Below the pieces are notes generated by a model. That model saw nothing but the letters and a program-made list of their open reading frames with translations. It had not been told where the DNA came from and made no database searches. 62,979 nucleotides of DNA, from NCBI GenBank assembly GCA_026416665.1, contig JAOAET010000057.1, positions 1-62,979 on the forward strand, in the 5' to 3' direction. The position numbers and the translations under genes are program-made. Shown here piece after piece: positions 53,046 through 62,979 of this stretch (the first letter of the stretch is position 1; each line of letters begins with the position of its first letter). The stretch is from Candidatus Omnitrophota bacterium (lineage in GTDB: Bacteria; Omnitrophota; Gorgyraeia; Gygaellales; Profunditerraquicolaceae).

Positions 53046-54764
53046 ATGAAAGGTTTAAAAGAAAACCTTATTGAGCTGTTGCTTAATAATAAACTTGTTA
53101 GTAAACAGGCACTTGAACGTGCCCTTGCTATTCAAAAGGAACGGGGCGTACCTTTGCGGTCGGTTTTAATTGAAGAAAAATTAATCTCTGAAGAGGATCT
53201 ATTGGCTTTGTTATCAAGTAGGTTGTATATTCCTACATTACATTTAAGTAAATATCGTTTTGACCAAGAAATAGTTAGACTTATTCCTGAACAGTTAGCA
53301 AAAACTTATAATGTAATTGCCTTATCACGGATAGCAAATACCTTAACTGTGGCAATGTCAGATCCTTTAAATATTTTAGCTATAGATGACTTGCGAATGG
53401 TTACTGGTTGCGACATTGATATAGTACTTAGTCCTGCAGAAGAGATATTACGGGCAATTGAGAGTCAATATTCTGCCAACCCTAAGACAATTGAGGAGAT
53501 TATTAAGTCCAATGATGGAAAAATTGCCGATTCTTCCAAAGGTGATGTGCAGGTTGTACGTGAAGATGAGTTAGAGTTATCTTCGGCATTAAAAGAAAGT
53601 GAAAAACCAACCATTGTAAAATTAGTTGACCTTATGCTCACCGAGGCATTGACTAAACGCGCTTCTGATATTCATATTGAACCTGAGATAGATGGTTTGC
53701 GTGTACGTTATCGTATAGATGGTGCTTTACATGAAATCTTCCGTATCCCTAAACGTAATCAAAACGCAATTACTGCACGTTTAAAAATTATCTCCAATTT
53801 AGACATCACCGAAAACAGGGTCCCCCAAGACGGAAGATTTAAAGTAAAATTTGAGGGAAGAGAAGTAGATTTTCGCGTATCAAGCCTTCCTACAACCTTT
53901 GGACAAAAATTCGTATTACGCCTTTTAGATAAAAGTAATCTCTCTATTGGCTTAGATAAGCTGGGTTTTTCTGAGGAGCCGCTTAGAATATTTAAAGAAG
54001 CAATTTCTAAACCTTTTGGAATGATTCTGGTGACTGGACCTACTGGCTCAGGTAAATCTACGACACTTTATTCTATCCTTAATCAGCTAAACACACCTGA
54101 GCGAAACATCGTTACTATAGAAGACCCGGTGGAATACCAAATAGAAGGGATTACTCAAATTCCAGTAAGAACAGATATTGGACTTACCTTTGCTTCCGCT
54201 TTACGGGCAGTACTGAGGCAGAGTCCAGATGTGATTATGGTCGGTGAAATACGTGATTCAGAGACCGCAGATATAGCAGTAAAAGCAGCACTTACGGGGC
54301 AACTTTTTCTTTCTACCTTACATACCAATGATGCTTTAACTAGTATCAGTCGTTTGATTGATATGGGAGTAGAGCCTTTCTTAGTAGCCTCCAGTTTAAT
54401 TATGGTTTGTGCACAAAGGCTTTGCCGACGTGTTTGCCCAAAGTGTAAAAAGGCAATAAAGGTAGAGAAAGATTATTTACAGCAGATAGGTTTTCCTTTT
54501 CTTGAAGGAGTTACTTTCTATACAGCAGAAGGTTGTAAGGTCTGTGCGAAAACAGGTTTTTATGGTAGAATTGCTATTCTAGAGGCTGTTCTAATTGATG
54601 ATCGGATTCGTGAAATGATTATGCGAAAACAGTCTTTGGATGAGATTAAAGAGTATGCCTTAAAAGAGTTAGGAATGAAGTTATTACGCGACGATGCCTT
54701 TCTTAAAGTAAAAGAAGGATTAACCACTTTAGATGAGGCATTGCGTATTACCACTGAAGAATGA
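53046..54764 (+). CDS. pilB: GspE/PilB-family assembly ATPase 2
   Basis: ASDIH, PQDGR, GPTGSGKS, EDPVEY, GEIRD, STLHTN, CxxC/CxxC. Confidence 0.9.
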   Translation: MKGLKENLIELLLNNKLVSKQALERALAIQKERGVPLRSVLIEEKLISEEDLLALLSSRLYIPTLHLSKYRFDQEIVRLIPEQLAKTYNVIALSRIANTLTVAMSDPLNILAIDDLRMVTGCDIDIVLSPAEEILRAIESQYSANPKTIEEIIKSNDGKIADSSKGDVQVVREDELELSSALKESEKPTIVKLVDLMLTEALTKRASDIHIEPEIDGLRVRYRIDGALHEIFRIPKRNQNAITARLKIISNLDITENRVPQDGRFKVKFEGREVDFRVSSLPTTFGQKFVLRLLDKSNLSIGLDKLGFSEEPLRIFKEAISKPFGMILVTGPTGSGKSTTLYSILNQLNTPERNIVTIEDPVEYQIEGITQIPVRTDIGLTFASALRAVLRQSPDVIMVGEIRDSETADIAVKAALTGQLFLSTLHTNDALTSISRLIDMGVEPFLVASSLIMVCAQRLCRRVCPKCKKAIKVEKDYLQQIGFPFLEGVTFYTAEGCKVCAKTGFYGRIAILEAVLIDDRIREMIMRKQSLDEIKEYALKELGMKLLRDDAFLKVKEGLTTLDEALRITTEE

Positions 54765-55837
54765 ATAGTTTTGATAACCGCCAAATTTTATTATACTTTA
54801 AAAACTCGGAAATAGGAAATTTCTTCTTGGAACAGCTAATACTTGGTTGTGGTTATCCGGTGACTATGGTGCAAACTATAGAAGAAGCTCTTGTGGTTGC
54901 AGCACAAAATAATTTCTGCCTTGTCATAACCGAGTTTGATTTTGATTCGCAGGGAACATCAGATTTAATAGTTGGTTTGCGTAAAGTCAATCCTTTTGTT
55001 TTTTTTATGGTCTACAGTCCTAATTTTTCTCCTCAGCTATATACCGAGGCGACAAAATTTTCAATTTCCTATATCATAACAAAACCCATTGACATTGATT
55101 ATCTTCTATTTTGTGTAAAAAGTTGTGTGAAACAACATTCATTCTTGTGGTCCTTACGGAAAGAAAATGAGATTATGAAGGAACAAAATGTTAATTTTCA
55201 AAAACAGAATATTTCGTTAGTAAAACGTCTTGAAGATTCTACAAAAAATTTAGCAAAACTTTATGAAGATTTACGCTCTACATATCTGCGGACAATTAAG
55301 GCCCTAGCTCAGGCAATCGATGCACGGGATCATTACACCCATAGCCATTCCCAAAATGTAGCCAATTATTCTGTGCGTATTGCTGAGCGTCTAAAGTTAC
55401 CCCTAAGAGAAATTGAATTAATTAGACAGGCGGCGGAATTACACGATATCGGAAAAATTGCTATCTCTGATGCTATTCTTCTTAAGGCGGCAGCATTAAC
55501 TATGGAGGAATGGATAGAAATAAAGAAGCATCCTCAAGTAGGAGCCCAGATTCTGGAACCGCTAACTTTTTTGTCAGAAGTTATTGAATTGGTGCGCCAA
55601 CATCATGAGCGTTTTGATGGAACAGGTTATCCTGCAGGTTTACGGGCAGAAGCAATAAAACTAGGGGCGCGTATCTTACATCTAGCTGATGCCTACGATG
55701 CGATGGTTACACCTCGTGCATATCGAATCGAGCCGTTTTCCAAAGGAAAAGCAGTAGAAGAAATAAAGAGAAATACGGGTAGTCAATTTGACCCGCAAGT
55801 TGTAGAAGCATTTTTAGATATTGTGGAGTCACTATGA
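54761..55837 (+). CDS. HD-GYP cyclic-dinucleotide phosphodiesterase with a degenerate receiver domain
   Basis: HS..V, LHDIGK, HHERFDGTGYP, ADAYDAM, RAYR; N-terminal REC-like region and coiled coil. Confidence 0.9.
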   Translation: MNSFDNRQILLYFKNSEIGNFFLEQLILGCGYPVTMVQTIEEALVVAAQNNFCLVITEFDFDSQGTSDLIVGLRKVNPFVFFMVYSPNFSPQLYTEATKFSISYIITKPIDIDYLLFCVKSCVKQHSFLWSLRKENEIMKEQNVNFQKQNISLVKRLEDSTKNLAKLYEDLRSTYLRTIKALAQAIDARDHYTHSHSQNVANYSVRIAERLKLPLREIELIRQAAELHDIGKIAISDAILLKAAALTMEEWIEIKKHPQVGAQILEPLTFLSEVIELVRQHHERFDGTGYPAGLRAEAIKLGARILHLADAYDAMVTPRAYRIEPFSKGKAVEEIKRNTGSQFDPQVVEAFLDIVESL

Positions 55838-57039
55838 GTACATATCAATACACCGCAAAAGACAGAAACGGTCGTTCAGTAATTGGGGTTATTGAGGCAA
55901 CCAATGAGCAGGAGGCAGTGGTTGCTTTACAAAATAAGATGTTGGTGGTTATTTCTATTAAGAGTATAAAAACCAAAGGAATAAAAACAGCAACCAAAGG
56001 GAAAATAAAACTTGATGACCTGGTAGTATTTTCTCGTCAATTGGCTACAATGATTGATTCAGGTATACCTCTTGTTCAGGCATTAGGAATACTTTCAGAG
56101 CAGGTTGAAAATAAAAGTCTAAGAGAAGTAGTGGTTACTTGTCGTCAGGATATTGAAGCAGGGATGAGTTTTTGTGATGCGCTCTCTAAACATCCTGCAG
56201 TTTTTTCTGAGCTTTTTATAAATATGAGTAGGGCAGGCGAGGCTTCTGGTATGCTGGATGAGGTTTTAGATAGATTGGCTACATACTTAGAAAAGAGTGC
56301 AGCATTACAACGCAAGATTCAATCGAGTTTAATCTATCCAGCAGTAGTTGTATCTATGGCAATTTTGATAACCACAGTTTTACTTTTAAAAGTTGTCCCT
56401 ACCTTTGAAGGAATTTTCGCGATGCTGGGAGGAACATTACCTTTACCTACCCGTATTCTTATTGGAATAAGCAAAATTTTTAGACGGTATTTTCTCTTTG
56501 TAGTTGTTGGTTTTGTAGTAGGAGGATATATTTTTAGACGTTATGTTGATACTCCTAAAGGAAGATACAAGTTTGACCAGTATTTATTGAAGTTACCTAT
56601 ATTAGGAGAACTTTTTCAGAAAGTAGCAGTAGCTAAATTTGCACGAACATTTTCTACATTGGTTAAAAGCGGTGTGTCGGTATTAAATGCTTTAGAAATT
56701 GTTGCAAAGACTTCGGGTAATAAAGTAATAGAGGAAGCAATTAATAATGCACGCACAGCAGTGCGTCAAGGTGAATCTATTTCAGAGCCTCTTTCACGCA
56801 GTAAAGTCTTTCCACCTATTGTTTGTCGAATGGTTGGGGTAGGTGAGCAGACAGGACAGCTGGAAAAAATGCTTTCAAAGATTGCAGATTTTTATGACGA
56901 ACAAGTGGATGCGGCAGTAGCTGGGTTAACGAGTCTAATTGAGCCATTAGTTATTGCTTTTCTGGGAATTGTTATTGGAGGAATTGTCATTGCTTTGTTT
57001 TTGCCTATTTTTAAAATCACTGAACTTATTGCTAAGTAA
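55834..57039 (+). CDS. pilC: Type IV pilus platform protein PilC/GspF
   Basis: FSRQLATMI.SG, AGEASG.L, YP, LPLPT, GEQTGQL, IEP, LFLPIF. Confidence 0.93.
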   Translation: MSTYQYTAKDRNGRSVIGVIEATNEQEAVVALQNKMLVVISIKSIKTKGIKTATKGKIKLDDLVVFSRQLATMIDSGIPLVQALGILSEQVENKSLREVVVTCRQDIEAGMSFCDALSKHPAVFSELFINMSRAGEASGMLDEVLDRLATYLEKSAALQRKIQSSLIYPAVVVSMAILITTVLLLKVVPTFEGIFAMLGGTLPLPTRILIGISKIFRRYFLFVVVGFVVGGYIFRRYVDTPKGRYKFDQYLLKLPILGELFQKVAVAKFARTFSTLVKSGVSVLNALEIVAKTSGNKVIEEAINNARTAVRQGESISEPLSRSKVFPPIVCRMVGVGEQTGQLEKMLSKIADFYDEQVDAAVAGLTSLIEPLVIAFLGIVIGGIVIALFLPIFKITELIAK

Positions 57040-57073
57040 TTTTATAATAAGTAAAGTTTTGTTATGAAAATTA

Positions 57074-57197
57074 TTGACTATATCAGAAATTGTGCTAAAC
57101 TTATTCTATAATATTTAACGTGTAAAAAAATCTTGACAAAAAGGTTTAATTGCGCTATAAATAAAAATCTTGACAAAACAATATTTTGCAGTATACT
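57074..57197 (+). promoter_or_regulatory. Three tandem rRNA operon promoters
   Basis: TTGACT-16-TAAACT (57074), TTGACA-17-TATAAA (57133), TTGACA-16-TATACT (57170). AAAAATCTTGACAAAA is duplicated at 57126 and 57163. Confidence 0.8.
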
Positions 57198-57204
57198 TAT
57201 ATTT

Positions 57205-57213
57205 TGTGGATAA
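57205..57213 (-). promoter_or_regulatory. Perfect DnaA box
   Basis: TGTGGATAA = TTATCCACA on the minus strand, at the predicted +1 of the third promoter; single copy. Confidence 0.45.
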
Positions 57214-57281
57214 GATAAGACTAAGGGTATTGACAATTTAGTTCAATGATGAGTTCCGACGCTTGACGCCAAAATAAAAAT

Positions 57282-57322
57282 AACGGCGTCCCAGTAGTGT
57301 CGGGACGCCGTTTTATCTTTTT
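57282..57322 (+). terminator. Intrinsic terminator within the rRNA leader
   Basis: 11-bp stem AACGGCGTCCC/GGGACGCCGTT followed by TTATCTTTTT. Confidence 0.8.
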
Positions 57323-57370
57323 AAAGGTGTAAGCGGTTTCAAGAAATAAATTTCAAAGTAGAAAATAAAA

Positions 57371-57382
57371 TGCTCTTTGAAA
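57371..57382 (+). promoter_or_regulatory. rrn leader boxA antitermination element
   Basis: TGCTCTTTGAAA. Confidence 0.85.
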
Positions 57383-57387
57383 ATTTG

Positions 57388-57399
57388 GATAGCCAAGTG
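57388..57399 (+). other. 5' arm of the 16S processing stem
   Basis: GATAGCCAAGTG is the exact complement of CACTTGGCTATC at 59132-59143. Confidence 0.8.
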
Positions 57400-57451
57400 A
57401 TTCATAAGAGGTATATGTAAATCAAGAGCCTTAATCAAGACTTCTCAAAAT

Positions 57452-59032
<1,581 letters not shown>

Positions 59033-59303
59033 AAATCTTTTTGCCTCTTTTAAGATTTTTAGATAGCTAGGAAGGCGTGGAAGTAATTGACTTCCAAAAT
59101 GCGACTAGCAACAAGTCTGCTGTAAAGCAGACACTTGGCTATCTTAAAAATTTATTGGAGTCTCTTGAGGCGCTCTCAAACAGCGGGCGAGGGATTCCGA
59201 TTTATTGTGTAAGATGTAAATACAGGGTAATGAATCAGGGCATTACACCGAACTCTTTTCAAAAATTAGAAAAGGGTATTAGTAACTGACTGCACTGTAA
59301 TTC

Positions 59304-59377
59304 GGGCCCATAGCTCAGTTGGTTAGAGCACAGCCCTGATAAGACTGGGGTCAGTGGTTCAAGTCCACTTGGGCCCA
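59304..59377 (+). tRNA. tRNA-Ile(GAT), CCA not encoded
   Basis: GGGCCCA/TGGGCCC acceptor, CTGATAA anticodon loop, T arm; in the ITS. Confidence 0.95.
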
Positions 59378-59412
59378 TAAATTTTGCGATAGTGGGAAAG
59401 GTTGGTATTTTC

Positions 59413-59484
59413 GGGGCTGTAGCTCAGTGGGAGAGCACCTGCTTTGCAAGCAGGGGGTCGGGAGTTCAACCCTCCTCAGCTCCA
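59413..59484 (+). tRNA. tRNA-Ala(TGC), CCA not encoded
   Basis: GGGGCTG/CAGCTCC with G3-U70; CCTGC-TTTGCAA-GCAGG anticodon arm. Confidence 0.96.
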
Positions 59485-59556
59485 AGATAAAGTGAACTAG
59501 ATTATATTTGTGCAAGTCACATGCAGAAGAATTATTCCTAAAAAACTTGCACATTA

Positions 59557-59568
59557 TGCTCTTTGACA
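59557..59568 (+). promoter_or_regulatory. Spacer boxA
   Basis: TGCTCTTTGACA upstream of 23S. Confidence 0.85.
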
Positions 59569-59582
59569 ACTTCATAATAAAG
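59566..59582 (+). other. 5' arm of the 23S processing stem
   Basis: ACAACTTCATAATAAAG is the exact complement of CTTTATTATGAAGTTGT at 62606-62622. Confidence 0.8.
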
Positions 59583-59612
59583 GTAGAACTACAATTTAAC
59601 CGAGACCATTTT

Positions 59613-62577
<2,965 letters not shown>

Positions 62578-62629
62578 TTTTTCTCTCGGTTAGTTTGTAG
62601 TCATACTTTATTATGAAGTTGTTTAGATT

Positions 62630-62746
62630 TTGGAGTGCTTATACCGCAGGGGTCCACCCGTTCCCATTCCGAATACGGTAGTTAAGCCCTGCAGGGCCGA
62701 TGGTAGTGTACTCGTAAGGGTATGTGAGAGTAGGTCGGCGCTCCTT
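62630..62746 (+). rRNA. rrf: 5S rRNA
   Basis: GGAGTGC/GCGCTCC helix I, CCCATTCCGAA, GTTAAGC, GCCGATGGTAG, GAGAGTAGG. Confidence 0.95.
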
Positions 62747-62757
62747 ATCAAAAATTT

Positions 62758-62790
62758 ACCCGCTATTTTTATATAGCGGGTTTTCTTTTT
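62758..62790 (+). terminator. rRNA operon terminator
   Basis: ACCCGCTAT/ATAGCGGGT stem followed by TTTCTTTTT. Confidence 0.88.
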
Positions 62791-62979
62791 GAAAGTAGAT
62801 TTAGAAAAGCAATTTATTTTTTTAGATATGAAAATAAGGATAATGTAAAATATCTTTCGCACTTTTGATATTGCCAAGCAAATAAAAAAGGCATATCCTC
62901 TTAGGTTGAAGATATTATTAACAACCTAAAGGGGTCTGTAAGAGACCCAGGAAGGAGGATACGCCTATGAGTCATCCGG

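Noticed and set aside
57230-57235. Fourth TTGACA in the rrn leader as a promoter
   Set aside because: No -10 at 16-18 bp spacing; better explained as part of the leader hairpin.

Overview
AT-rich core-genome segment of a bacterium. The 16S signatures (GGATTAGGCATGCAAGTC, CCTACGGGAGGCTGCAG) point to the PVC superphylum, most plausibly Ca. Omnitrophota (inference). I saw no mobile element, prophage or CRISPR array. Gene order: end of a RodZ-like gene, rimO-pgsA-pgpA, inverted pncC-thpR; FMN-riboswitch operon ribBA-ribH-nusB-PHP-ribD-ribE; tRNA-Pro, acyP, phosphoesterase, ligA, lipoprotein, MBL hydrolase, xerD, tRNA nucleotidyltransferase, DUF503, rbfA, nrnA, ribF; a dcw cluster mraZ to ftsA that has no ftsZ; yggS-proC-mtnP-ileS-dksA-like-lspA-rluD; a TM/coiled-coil protein and aroA; mreBCD-mrdA-rodA and a radical SAM gene; a type IV pilus motor module (stand-alone MshEN protein, two PilB ATPases, HD-GYP, PilC); and a complete rRNA operon (16S-Ile-Ala-23S-5S). 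Best leads: (1) a mutually exclusive terminator/antiterminator between the rrn promoters and boxA, i.e. a candidate attenuator or riboswitch on the rRNA operon; (2) a possible FtsZ-independent division set (no ftsZ in the dcw cluster, degenerate FtsA, N-terminally extended MreB, an MreC-like coiled-coil protein); (3) a split cyclic-dinucleotide sensor on a dual-PilB motor; (4) a PHP phosphatase inside the riboflavin operon; (5) an FMN aptamer with a two-hairpin insert; (6) an SD-sequestering three-way-junction RNA at the window end. All calls were made by eye; no searches or folding programs were run.
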